A program made the position numbers and the translations under genes. From Eledone cirrhosa (taxonomy: Eukaryota), in the NCBI GenBank assembly GCA_964016885.1, contig OZ024740.1, positions 304,172,001-304,236,000 of the forward strand: a stretch of 64,000 nucleotides of DNA, in the 5' to 3' direction. Below, in pieces: positions 27,812 to 39,886 of the stretch. The notes beneath the pieces were generated by a model. The model worked only from the letters and a program-made list of their open reading frames with translations. It was not told where the DNA came from and ran no database searches. The stretch's first letter is position 1. Every line of letters starts with the position of its first letter.

Positions 27812-28197
27812 GTAAGTATATCTGTTTATTTTGCATATATAATTAGTATATAACTCATTAACATTGTCTTCAATATGGTTGTAGAGCAGGTATTCCTGAG
27901 TGTATGGGACTTCACTTGAGCCAGCCATTCACTAGATTATTTAATTAGTCTTACATCTCTTACACCTGATTCCTATGGTTACTTAACATGTAAGTGATAC
28001 TCTGTAATGTCCACTACAGTTTTCTCTGGCTTTATCTCTTTCATTGGTAATCTTCTCATAGTTCAGAATTACTAATTTTCAACTAAATAATATATAACAT
28101 TATAATCACTGATTTGAGACAGAAGCAAACAACAGACTCACTGCCAACAACATTGCTTGTCAATTACATTATAGAGTGCCTGCCATTCCATCTCTTT

Positions 28198-28476
28198 CAA
28201 ATTAGATAACGTATTTATCAAATTAGATAATGTATTTATCAAATTAGACATTGTATTTATGAAATTAGATATTGTATTTATCAAATTAGATATTGTATTT
28301 ATCAAATTAGATAATGTATTTATCAAATTAGATATTGTATTTATCAAATTAGATAATGTATTTATCAAATTAGATATTGTATTTATCAAATTAGATAATG
28401 TATTTATCAAATTAGATATTGTATTTATCAAATTAGATAATGTATTTATCAAATTAGATATTGTATTTATCAAATT
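28198..28476. repeat. 21-bp tandem repeat, ~13 copies, with alternating variants
   Basis: Unit aaattagata[a/t]tgtatttatc. Confidence 0.92.
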
Positions 28477-28669
28477 TCTGCTATTTTATCTCCATAAGAT
28501 CATTTAGTACTAGTTGGATAAGATATTGTATTAATGTGTAACACATTCAATGTTTGCAACAAGAAATAATATTATGAATCAAGTTATAAATTAACTAAAA
28601 AATGTTATTGCAAATGATATTATTAGAGATTATAAGCACTGCGGCATCAGTAATGTTATTTCTCTAGAT

Positions 28670-29560
28670 AAGTTGAGCAAAGCTTTCAACTATGTTTGTC
28701 ATACTGTTCATGTTTTTGGCAGGGTTTTTCTGGTTGGTTGCCCTTCCTATCACCAACCCCTTTACAATGTGGATTGGGTGCATTATTCATGCCACCAGCA
28801 CTTGAGAGGTTGTCTTACTGGACTCAAGTCCTGTGTTAGTTTTTTATTTGGAGTGTCTACTCTCCTAGGCAGTTTGCCTTCACCACAGCTTATTATGCTG
28901 CATGTTTTATCAACTCTGGTGTACCTTGAGATGCAGTTATATCATCTGTGTTTTTACTTTCTGTATATTAACAAGCTACTTACTGTCACTTCTAACAACA
29001 CACTCTTGTATGCGGACGATGCCATCCTTCACTCCTCATTAACCCTTTTTGATACCAACCTGCCCCGACCATCCACAAGTTCTATGATACAACCACTCAT
29101 TTTAAAGGTTTCCTATTTAAATTAAACTCATCCAACATCACTTGATATAAGAACCTTTTGTTAAATTATGTTACAAATATTATTGTAATAATGAAATAAT
29201 TGATAATTTTAGTAAATCCCTTCAAATTGTTCATTGAAGATTTCAAATACTGTGTATTTCTTGAGAAATATGGTAATGAAAGGATTAATTTTCTACACAG
29301 GCATCATCCACATACAACCTAGACACCTCATGATAGACTTGCACAGTGCACAGACACAATCACCACTACACACATCAAGGAAACAATCTTGTAATGCTAA
29401 ATTCTTGCTACATGAACAGCAAATAGGCAAAAGCTGTGAAGCCCACTATAAATGATAGGCCTCACTTCACAAGATTGATTAAACTGTATCCCCAAAACTA
29501 GTCTTCTTCCTCAGAGCCAGAAAATATTTCAGTCTTGAATAATTGCTGACCTTCTACTAA
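28670..29560 (+). mobile_element. Degraded CR1/L2-like LINE RT fragment interrupted by SINE and MITE pieces
   Basis: SKAFN ... INKLL...LYADDAILHSS ... RARKYFS. Confidence 0.6.
29040..29290. mobile_element. Second TTAA/CCCTTT-ended MITE family; other copies ~7630-7850, 8016-8490, 11272-11535, 12930-13292, 26490-26695, 30950-31185, 40110-40630, 44090-44278
   Basis: ttaacccttttgatacca ... tggtaatgaaagggttaa termini repeated about ten times in the window. Confidence 0.7.
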
Positions 29561-29567
29561 ACAGAAA

Positions 29568-30720
29568 GCAACTGATACTAAACAAACTAGTCAGGGACTG
29601 TTAGGTAGTGATGCTACATGTAAACAACTGATACTAAACAAACTACTCAGGGACTGTTAGGTAGTGATGCTACATGTAAACAACTGATACTAAACAAACT
29701 ACTCAGGGACTGTTAGGTAGTTGTGCTACATGTAAACAACTGATACTAAACAAACTACTCAGGGACTGTTAGGTAGTGATGCTACATGTAAACAACTGAT
29801 ACTAAACAAACTACTCAGGGACTGTTAGGTAGTGATGCTACATGTAAACAACTGATACTAAACAAACTACTCAGGTACTGTTAGGTAGAGATGCTACATG
29901 TAAACAACTGATACTAAACAAACTACTCAGGTACTGTTAGGTAGAGATGCTACATGTAAACAACTGATACTAAACAAACTACTCAGGGACTGTTAGGTAG
30001 TGATGCTACATGTAAACAACTGATACTAAACAAACTACTCAGGGACTGTTAGGTAGTGATGCTACATGTAAACAACTGATACTAAACAAACTACTCAGGT
30101 ACTGTTAGGTAGAGATGCTACATGTAAACAACTGATACTAGTCAGGTACTGTTAGGTAGAGATGCTACATGAAACCATGAAAGTGTTAGGTAGTTGTGCT
30201 ACATGTGAATGACTGATACTAGACATACTAGTCAGGTACTGTTAGGTAGAGATGCTACATGAAACCATGAAAGTGTTAAGTAGTGGTGCTACATGTGAAT
30301 GACTGATACTAGACAAACTAGTCAGGTACTGTGAGGTAGAGATGCTACATGAAACCATGAAAGTGTTGGGTAGTAATGCTACATGAAAGTAACTGATACT
30401 AGACAAACTAGTCAGGAACTATTAGATAGTCCTGCAACATGAAAGTAACTGATACTAGATAAACTAGTCAGGGACTGTGAGGTAGTGGTGCCACATGAAA
30501 ACAACTAATACTAAGCAAACTAGTCAGGTGTTGTTAGGTAGTGGTGCTACATGTAAACAACTGATACTAAGCAAACTAGTCAGGTGTTGTTAGGTAGTGG
30601 TGCTACATGTAAACAACTGATACTAAGCAAACTAGTCAGGTGTTGTTAGGTAGTGGTGCTACATGTAAACAACTGATACTAGACAAACTAGTCAGGTACT
30701 GTGGGGTAGAACTGCTACTT
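29568..30720. repeat. 56-bp minisatellite, ~20 units, diverging toward the right
   Basis: Unit aaacaactgatactaaacaaactactcagggactgttaggtagtgatgctacatgt. Confidence 0.93.
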
Positions 30721-32360
30721 CCAATAATATCTCAAGAAAATGTCAACTGATCAACCTTAACAGTATGTGAAGGCTTGTAAATGTCAGGGACCTTGCTCCT
30801 CTTCACCAATTAAGTAAGTTATAACAAAATTGTGGTCTATAAAGAGTTAAACAATAAATATGAAAACATTACTGCCTCATCTAGGAATATGCTATATTGT
30901 TTCAATTCACTATGTTGAAATTTGGGTTAGAATTTTGGTTGTATTGTTTAATCTTTTCGTAACCACATTTCTAATGAAATACTCTATTTCAATTAGTTAA
31001 TCAAGAATTTTGAGGGATTTACTAAAATTATTAATTATTTCATTACTAAAATAGTAACTTAATGTAAGGTTCTTATATAAAATTATGTTGGAAGATTTTA
31101 ATTTAAATCAGAAACCTTTAAAATGGGTGGTTTTATTTCATAGACCCAGAGCTGGTTTTGGCTGGGTTGGTAACAAAAGGGTTATTGTCACCAATTCATT
31201 AGATAATGGGTATCTCAAATTGGCCATGAATAGTATTGAGTATATCTCTACTAAGTATCACATTGAAGGATGGTTCCATTTATGTGGGGACACATTAATG
31301 TAGCCAAATGAATTTCTTAATATAAAACAATATTTATCTGTTCACATAAATATTTCATTAGTAAAGTAAAAACTGGTTTTTCAAACATCAAGGAATTCAC
31401 AGCTATCACTTGTTTCCTTCAGTTTTGAAATTGATGTTTGACTGTTTCATATATGAATGTACCCTAAATCTATCTTCAAGTAGGAAAGTATTCCTAAAAC
31501 AAAACACACTTTCAAACATTCATCTACCATTTACAATTTGAATAAAACTCAAAAAACACAGCAATGTAATTTGACAAGAGAATTTTTTTCGGAGAAGAAC
31601 AGAATGGAATCACTCATTCTGAGAAGATTCTGATTATTTTATTAACTGCAACAGAAAATAGCCAACAAGAGAGCCTTTATTCACCCTGCTAGAAATAACA
31701 GCCAAATCTTCTTTAAATCACAATCTTTCATCTTAAAAAGGACACATTGGACAATGTATTGCTAGATATAAAAAAATATGGTGTGATCACATCTGGTACA
31801 TCTTTGAAGATATCTCTGTTCAATTAAGGCTTACCTGGTAGTAAGCAGTAATTACTGCAAGATTTGAAAAAGCATCCAGTAATATTGTCCTAACTTAAAG
31901 CAAGTGTTAATTTGAAGAACTCCCCTGCTTACTACATAAAAGAACAACAATAAGTTCATAAGAAGTGATTTACTATAATTACTAAACTCTTTCAGAAACT
32001 TTAAACAGTAGGTTGGCTCTGTTATCATTACAAACTCCCCCAATAACTTGCTGTTCTTCTTCACCCACTTATTTCTGAGAGGACTGTGGGGGCAAAGTCC
32101 TCAAACACTTATTCCAGCAGGTCGTATCAGAAGCAACTGTCTCCAACTGATCCGGCTGGATCCCCAAGCGAGAACAGCTGAGCTCATGGATGTTATCCAA
32201 CCATCTTGCTTCAGGTCCACCCCTGGATCTCCTGCCAGTTGGTTTTGCACATTAAATCTGTCCAGCGATTCTTTCTTGAGACATTCTACATTACTTGATA
32301 TGTTTTTGCCCTTTATATATTTGTATTGTATTGTGTTTTTTTTTCTTTGTCTGGTTTCAG

Positions 32361-32578
32361 TTTTTAAAGATAAGAATACCAAGTCTCCATTCTTGGAAGA
32401 TTTATCTGTATATGGAGACAGTGGTGAGGGACAAAAAGCAGCCAAGCCTGACCATATATATATGGATGCTATGGGTTTTGGAATGGGCTGCTGCTGTTTA
32501 CAACTCACATTCCAGGCATGTAATATTGGGGAAGCTCGACTTCTCTATGATCATCTGGCACCTATCTGTCCAATTATG
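32361..32578 (+). CDS. GCLC: GCLC exon ([11 protein letters not shown]...[23 protein letters not shown]...ICPIM)
   Basis: Hallmark [22 protein letters not shown]; tttcag|...atg|gtaaga. Confidence 0.97.
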
Positions 32579-32631
32579 GTAAGAACTATTTATATATTAT
32601 GTATATATATATATTATGTGTATATATATAT

Positions 32632-33601
32632 TATCATCATCATCATCAACGTTTAACGTCCGTGTTCCACGCTTGCATGGGTTTGGACGGGGGTAGTCCC
32701 ACTTGAGGCAAGAGTGATTGTCTTGCTCGCATAGGACTGTCTGGCAGGTTTTCTACAGTTGGATGCCCTTCCTAACACCAACCACATTTACAGTGTGGGT
32801 CTGGGAGGTTTTTACCGTGTTGCCTACACGGCCACATTACAGCGTGGACTGTGTGTTTTTTTGTCGTGACACCTACACGATCTCATTTGTTTCGGCCTCG
32901 ATGGCGCGGCACCAACATAACTTTACATAGAACGGGGTGGTGTGGATGGGGTGGGGGCGGGGGTGGTGGGACGGGGTGTATTTTGTTAGAGATGCCTACT
33001 GGCTGGAGTAGGTTTTACTATATATTTAGGTAAGGCGGGTCTTCTCTGTTACTGAGTACCGCCAAAGGTCTCGGTCCAGTGACATTGTCTTGGAGAGGTG
33101 TAAGTGTGTGATGTCGGAGTTTATCAGCTCGTCCCAGGTTTTTCTAGGTCTGCCTATTCCGTGACTACCGTCTATCTTTATTGCCCTGCACTTTGTTATA
33201 CAGCTATCGACTTTCATGCGCATCACGTGTCCATACCAACGTAGCCTTCTCTCGAGTAAACAACATCTGATCCCTCTTATCTCTAATTTTTTCCTTAGTT
33301 CGTTTATGCTTTGCCGTTCACGTATATTACTGTTACACATCCAGCGGAGCATGCAAGCTTCGTTCCTCTCTAGTCTGCGTATATCCTCTGCACACAATGC
33401 CCAGGTCTCACTGCCATGCAGCATTGCTGTTCGTATGCAGGCATCGTACAACCTGCCTTTCATTTTTAGTGAGAACCCTTTAGCAGCTAATAGTGGTATA
33501 AGCTCTCTGAACTTTTTCCAACCAGTTCTGACTCTAGCTACAGTACTTTCAGAGCACCCTCCCCCACTGCTGATTTTATCGCCCAGGTAACGCCCAGGTA
33601 A
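32632..33601 (-). mobile_element. 5'-truncated RTE LINE with 19-bp TSD
   Basis: RTE C-terminal ORF 33026-33463; attatgtgtatatatatat at 32613-32631 and 33602-33620. Confidence 0.92.
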
Positions 33602-33659
33602 ATTATGTGTATATATATATATTATGTGTATATATATATATAAATTTTTAAAAATATGT

Positions 33660-34095
33660 AATTTTATTCACAGTTGTATAAATAACATTACAAATTGTTC
33701 ACAATTCTTTCAGAATGAAAATAAACACAAATATAAACACTTATAACAAATACACTATTGCTAGGAACCTTACAAATACAACACACCAAAATATACAATA
33801 GAAGCTAGAGAAAAAAATAAAACATAACGGGAAAACAAAAATGATCAATTCACCACCATGTACAACAATCGGCCGCACATCACATCACAAGGGTCAATGG
33901 AAATTTTTAAGGCAAGCCAATACACTAGCAGCATTACCACAGGTAATGGCAAGGCTAAGGCGCTGAAACAACCAGGCACCCTCATGGGTATCGCCTGATA
34001 CCTCAGTAAGGTGAGCTGCCAACGATGACAAGAACTTTGCTGTCAGTGGCACAACTCCACCAAACATCTCGAATGCCACAGCCTGGGAAAGTAAT
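33660..34095 (-). mobile_element. 3' end of a CRE-like (restriction-like endonuclease) non-LTR retrotransposon; its 3'UTR recurs at ~52900-53025
   Basis: AFEMFG...FLSSLAAHL..VSGDTHEGAWLFQRLSLAITCGNAASVL resembles the CRE-clade C-terminal QRLSxAIQRGNAASV motif. Confidence 0.7.
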
Positions 34096-35832
34096 TGTTT
34101 GATCGTTCCATTATATATTTTCGTTCTAACTGTAGTTAATGTATGATGTGATACAATAGAACAATAACTAGGATGCTACTGTAGGTACACTGGGAATCTC
34201 TACTAGAGATAAAACTGCTGCAAGTATAATGATAAGGTTTCAGTTTTTCTGCAGAACCCTTTTGATACCATATTTCTAATGAAATACACCGCCTGTAATT
34301 GTCAAATAATTTTGAAAATAATCAAGAGTTTGGAAGGATTTTGTAATATAACTAACTTTCTCATTATTTATCTAGTGGAGGCTTCCCTTCCCAGCTCAAG
34401 CCAGCAGGACTGGACTGAGAGGGTAGGCCTCTTATCTGGGATGCCACATGCTGTGATATCTACTCAAGTAGCAACCAGGTGCATTCGGCTACCAGCCCAG
34501 TCTGTACTACCTGCCAGACTGAAGAGGACAAACTGTTCAAGTATCGACTGCTTTCTGATAGGTTTGTGGTAGAGCCTGTAGGCTCCTGGACCACATCCCT
34601 ACTCACTGTTATCAGAGCAGAGTTGGCTGCCTTCAAGTACTAGCTCAGCAAGGTGGAATAGCTGGTCCAGCACGTCTTTCTCAGTGTCCTCTAGGGCAAT
34701 GTATTTTCCATCCTGTCAGCCAGGACCCAGAGGCGGAGGGTAATTTAGTTGGAAGTGGAGGATACTTGTTCAGACATTACTTTCTCTCTATTTCTTTAAC
34801 ATACATAAACTAATTGACATACAAAACATTATATATATACTTTTACTTAACAAAGGTTTGTACCTAAAATTATGACAGAAGGTTTTTAGATAAATATCAA
34901 CATCGTAAAATAAACAGCCTTGTATCATAGAACCAGGATCAGTTTCAGGTGGTTTGGTATCAAAAGTGTTAGGAAAATGTCCATTGTTATTTGTGCGAAT
35001 AAGGACAGGAATATGATAGTTGGATTAACATAATAGACTAGACGAGAATTTTAAATGTTTGTATAGCTTATTCAGTAGAGGAATGGCAATGCCTAACGCA
35101 GGTAAGGAAGGAAGAGAACAGAAAACCATGACTTGTGAGTTACTTTACTACAGTAAGAAGCAGTACATCAGATATAAAGACCCCACATTGGTTTCTACTA
35201 ATGATATTCAAGTGTCAAGTAGGGACTAATGTTTGCCAATTTAGTGTGAAATGCACTAAATTTGATGCATTTTATCAGCACTTGGCAGGTAAATTTAGAT
35301 TAAGTGTTGCCGCACAATTTTAGCTCAGCATTTTTATCAGATTTTGGCATACTTTTGTGGTGTCTCCTAAACAGATATAAAAATCAATTATATTTTATTT
35401 GGAAATAATAATGATAATAATGCTGAACCTGTTAAAGAAATTTACATCTATGGGTCTCTGTTATATGTAGCAGTTTTTATCACTCTCTGTCTGTCTCTCT
35501 CAAGGCTGAAGCTTGAAAAAGTCCGTCTCCCCCATACTGATATTTAGAGTTGGTTAGGGGTTGAGAAATATGGATAATGTCTGAGGTAAGGATTATGGAG
35601 GATGTCTTAATTCTAATATAGACATTTAGTTCATCATTGGCTTTGTCTTTACAAATGTATATTTTACAAGTTTGGAATCTGATGATCTTAGCCACTAGAC
35701 ATTTTATTTATTGTTGTCTTTGTTTCTGAGTGTATTATTTCCTATAGGGCATTCGATGATTGCTTTGCATTTGTTCTGGGTATGTCTGCATTCAGATTTG
35801 TGTGTTTGATGGTCCTGCTTGCTTGTGTGCAT

Positions 35833-37141
35833 ATCATCATCATCATCACCATCATCATTTAATGTCTATCTTCCACGCTAGCATGGGTTAGACCGGTTTG
35901 TCCCACCTGAGGCAAGTTGGGTCAGGTGACTGTCTTGCTCATATAGGAGTGTTTCTGGCTGGTTCTCTACAGCTAGATGCCATTCCTAGCGTCAACCACA
36001 TTTACAGTGTGTGCTGGGTGCTTTTTGTTGTGACCCCTACACGACCACTTTAGTGTGTGCTGGATGTTCTGTGGTACCAACATAACTTTACAGAGAAAGG
36101 ATGGTGTGGGCAAAAGTGGAAGGAAGAGTAGGGTGTGTGTGGTGGGGTGTATATTGGTTAAGAGGTGCTTACTGACTGTAGGTTTAAGTTCGTATGTAAG
36201 GGAAGGCAGATCTTCTGTATTACTGCATAGCGCCAAAGGTCTCGATCCAGTGACATTGTCTTAGAGAGGTGCATAACCCATATCTTTTATCAATTTTGAT
36301 CGCCATGCACTTTTTTATACAGCTGTCGTCCTTCATACACATCACATGCCCATATCAACTTAATCTCCTCTCGAGTAAACTGCATCTGATCCTTCTTATA
36401 CCTTATTTCTCACTTAGTTTGTTTATGTTTTGCCATTCGTGTAGATTACTATTACATATCCATCGGAGCATGCATGCTTCGTTCCTTCCCAATCTGTGTA
36501 GATCCTCTGCACACAATGCCAAGGTCTCGTTACCATGTAACATTGCTGTTCGTATACAAGCATCATACAATCTACCTTTCATTTTTAGAGAGAAACCTTT
36601 TGTGGCCAACAGCGGTATTAACTCTCTAAACTTTTTCCATCCGGTTCTAACTCTGGCTACTGTACTTTCAGAACACCCTCCTTCACTGCTGATTTTGTCA
36701 CCAGGGTAACGGAAAGTGTCTACTATTTTTATAGAACCATCTGGGCAGTTGAAGGAGCTAGTATCCAGTGGGTACTTGCTACTTACTGCACCTGAGCATT
36801 GGCCACATATAAAATCTTCATTATTAGACAGCTTGCCTGTGATCCCACTACGTCTTTTATGTACCCATAGTTTGCATTTTGGACATAGAATGGAATTTCT
36901 ATCTACTCCTTTCCTACACACTGAGCACCTGTGCCCTATTTCCTTCCTTCATACTAGAACTTTAGTCTTAGACAAGTTAACTTTGAGGCCTTTTTATTGT
37001 AGATCATGCTTTCATGTTTGGAATTTCTTCTCTAGTTCAGCTATGAGAGTCAGATCATCTGCATATAGAAGTTCCCATGAGCAGCCAGTTTTAAACTCTT
37101 CTGTTATATAGCCTGTAGGGCAATAATAAACAGGAGGGGGC
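35833..37141 (-). mobile_element. 5'-truncated, degraded RTE LINE
   Basis: PHD and C-terminal RTE translations; (GAT)n tail at the left end. Confidence 0.9.
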
Positions 37142-37333
37142 TATATGTATATGTGTGTATATACATATATATATATAATATATTCCGAAATTTAACAAAG
37201 GAATATAATAGACACAATCCAAAGGGCTGAAAAGCAGAGAGAGATGCCGAAGACGAGAAGGCGGCCAAAAAATTAGCAGTTGCCAGTCCACGTGGCCGCC
37301 TTCAAGTCATATGTTCCTTTGTTAAATTTCAGA

Positions 37334-37391
37334 ATACCTGATGATGTCACCGGATTCATACTGAACCCGGTCATTGAAATGTTCATAGTAT
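37334..37391 (+). ncRNA. Type I hammerhead ribozyme motif (predicted cut after 37387)
   Basis: atac-CTGATGA-[ccgg.ttca/tgaa.ccgg stem II]-GAAA-tg tt ca-TA^-gtat. Confidence 0.7.
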
Positions 37392-37439
37392 AGTAAACCT
37401 TTAAGGAATTACACCAGTCCAGCCTCCTGTTATTTTATA

Positions 37440-37490
<51 letters not shown>

Positions 37491-37636
37491 TTTTGAGTTT
37501 ATGTTGGTTGTATACCAACACCTCAGTATGCAGGCTGGAGCACTCGACGAAGTGCGCAGGTTGGTTTGGTTACTCCTGAGTAGTGTAAAATAAAGTTAAA
37601 TAAAAGTCAAATGATTAAAATTTAGCTTCGTTTATT

Positions 37637-37690
37637 ACTGCTATATATATTTCAGTGACAGCCATCTTTGGCTTGACCTCTTCAGGCAGT
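37637..37690 (-). ncRNA. Type I hammerhead ribozyme motif (left arm of palindrome)
   Basis: Minus strand actgc-CTGAAGA-ggtcaagccaaagatggctgtcact-GAAA-tatata-TA^-gcagt. Confidence 0.72.
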
Positions 37691-37926
37691 TTGAATTAGT
37701 ATGGTATAGACAAGTACATATGTTGTTTAGGTGTATAATATTGTCAATACTCTGATATGCCCAGTTCCTTGTTGGGTTGTTATTTCAATGAGGAACTGGA
37801 GTCATATAAAATTGGCCACAGTTCCTCATTGAAATAACAACCCAACCAGGAACTGGGCATATCAGAGTATTGACAATATTATACACCTAAACAACATATG
37901 TACTTGTCTATACCATACTAATTCAA

Positions 37927-37981
37927 ACTGCCTGAAGAGGTCACAGCCAAAGATGGCTGTCACTGAAATATATATAGCAGT
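37927..37981 (+). ncRNA. Type I hammerhead ribozyme motif (right arm; predicted cut after 37976)
   Basis: actgc-CTGAAGA-g gtcacagcc aaagat ggctgtcac t-GAAA-tatata-TA^-gcagt-AATAAA. Confidence 0.78.
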
Positions 37982-38025
37982 AATAAACGAAGCTAAATTT
38001 TAATCATTTGACTTTTATTTAACTT

Positions 38026-38092
<67 letters not shown>

Positions 38093-39161
38093 AATGGAAG
38101 TTCATCATAATTGAAGCTCTGGCTGCAGCTAAGCTAATGAATGCAATCGGAATGTGCAGCTAAGCACTCAATAAGGTATTTTACCTTAGAGTAATAACAT
38201 TACACTTAGACAGCTTGGCAAATTGAAGACTGCGACCAGTGAGCCAGCCGCAAGGAGAAAACCAACGAGAAAACCAACTCAGCAATAACGGTCTTATTTA
38301 CTTGTTTACGTATATATATCATCATCATCATTGTTCAACATCCATTTTCCATGCTTGCATGGTTTGTCACATTATGAGGTAAGTCAGGTCTGGAGACCAC
38401 ATCATGTTCATACGTATCTGTTTTTTTGGCTTGGTTTCTGTAGCTGGTTGTCCTTCCTAACACCAACCACTATACTCATTAGTGTCCTACCTAATCAAGA
38501 TAACAATTTAGAGCTTTATGTAGTGTGTCGATGTGAATGTCCCATTGAAGCAAAGGGAAATCTGTTTTCTTGGAAAAATGATATCCCCATGTATGTTGTT
38601 GAGTATTCAAAACTACAGAGTCAAATATATTAAGTTAAACAATGAAAAAATGGAGTAGTTAATTAACCCATTGTTTTACAATCATTCCAATGAACAAAAT
38701 TATTGATGTGCAGAAACTTTGAGAATAGACAGCAGAATTGTGGTGCTTTCTCAAGTCTCATGGTATGAAATCAGATAAAAACATTTAACATGCCATATTG
38801 AAACTGGTCGTGTGGGCATCACAACAAAAAGCACGCAGTACTCATTGTAAATGAGGTTGACATTAGGAAGGGCATCTAGCTGTAGAAACCAAGCCAAAAT
38901 CAGTTCTGTATGAGCAAGACATGGTCACCGGATCTAGCATTACCTACAACAGGACAACTCGTCTAACCCATGTTAGCATGGAAAAATGGATGTAAAACGG
39001 TGATGACAATGATGATAATGATGATTGATCTATTATTTGGTTGTTTTTGCTAATTAAACTGTTCGAATGTCCATGGGACCAGCTAGTAGTTATTATGAAA
39101 AGTACAAATAAGGATGGAATAAGGAATGACAAAAACTGGTGTTATTGCTTTCATACTTTAA

Positions 39162-39167
39162 TTTATT
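39162..39167 (-). terminator. Candidate polyadenylation signal of the nested gene
   Basis: AATAAA on the minus strand ~110 nt after the stop codon. Confidence 0.4.
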
Positions 39168-39278
39168 TATGAAGGAATAGCACCAATCCTTTTTATCTAT
39201 TTCCAGTAAGGATATATTAAGATATTGATTTGTATTGAAGATCAATACAAGGGTAAATGTCAATTTACCTTTGGTTAT

Positions 39279-39886
39279 TTAGAAAATATCTTCATATAAA
39301 AGAAACACTGAGAAAGCGTTATAATTTGCATGTACCCAGCTTTTGCCATAACCACTGACAAGTTTGATGTAGACTTGATCACCAAACTCCAATCTGCTGA
39401 TTGTCTGAATACTTGCTGAGGGATAGAAACCAGCCTTTTTATTATCATCTGACCATAGAGCTGCAACAGGCCGATTGTTGATGTAGATCCTTCCGTTGAT
39501 AATGGAACCTGGATGAGACATCATATACACTGACATTACATAGATACCTGGTATTGTGCAAATATATACACCTGTATCATTGTCATAGTTATCACCTGAA
39601 TCAATAAGGACCAAGTTAAAAGGAACAATAGCATCTTCTGCTGGCCCAAAGTGTTTTGTAAGTATGGCTGACATAGCTGCCTGTGACTGAGGTCGACCTG
39701 ACATGCCTCTTTCACCTCTTTCACCTTTCTCTCCTTTCACTCCTTGCTTTCCAGTTTTTCCTGCTGCACCGTTCATTCCAGGCTGGCCCCTTTCTCCCTC
39801 ACTGCCCTTGGGACCCATAGGACCTGATCTGCCTGGCTCTCCTTTTGTACCAGGCACACCACGGGAGCCCTTAGGACCTGGTGGAC
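39279..39886 (-). CDS. Nested gene, terminal coding exon: 22 Gly-X-Y triplets plus globular C1q domain (CTRP/otolin-like)
   Basis: Acceptor ttactatgcag|GT CCA CCA; GPP GPK GSR...GRP repeat; C1q motifs [44 protein letters not shown]; TAA at 39279-39281. Confidence 0.93.

Larger units (their letters stand above)
37586..38032. repeat. Near-perfect ~213-bp-arm inverted repeat with 20-bp spacer (Penelope-like pLTR fold-back)
   Basis: Arms 37586-37798 and 37819-38032 are reverse complements with about two differences. Confidence 0.92.

Noticed and set aside
29568-30720. CRISPR-like regular repeat array
   Set aside because: Units are contiguous with no unique spacers, there are no cas genes, and the context is eukaryotic
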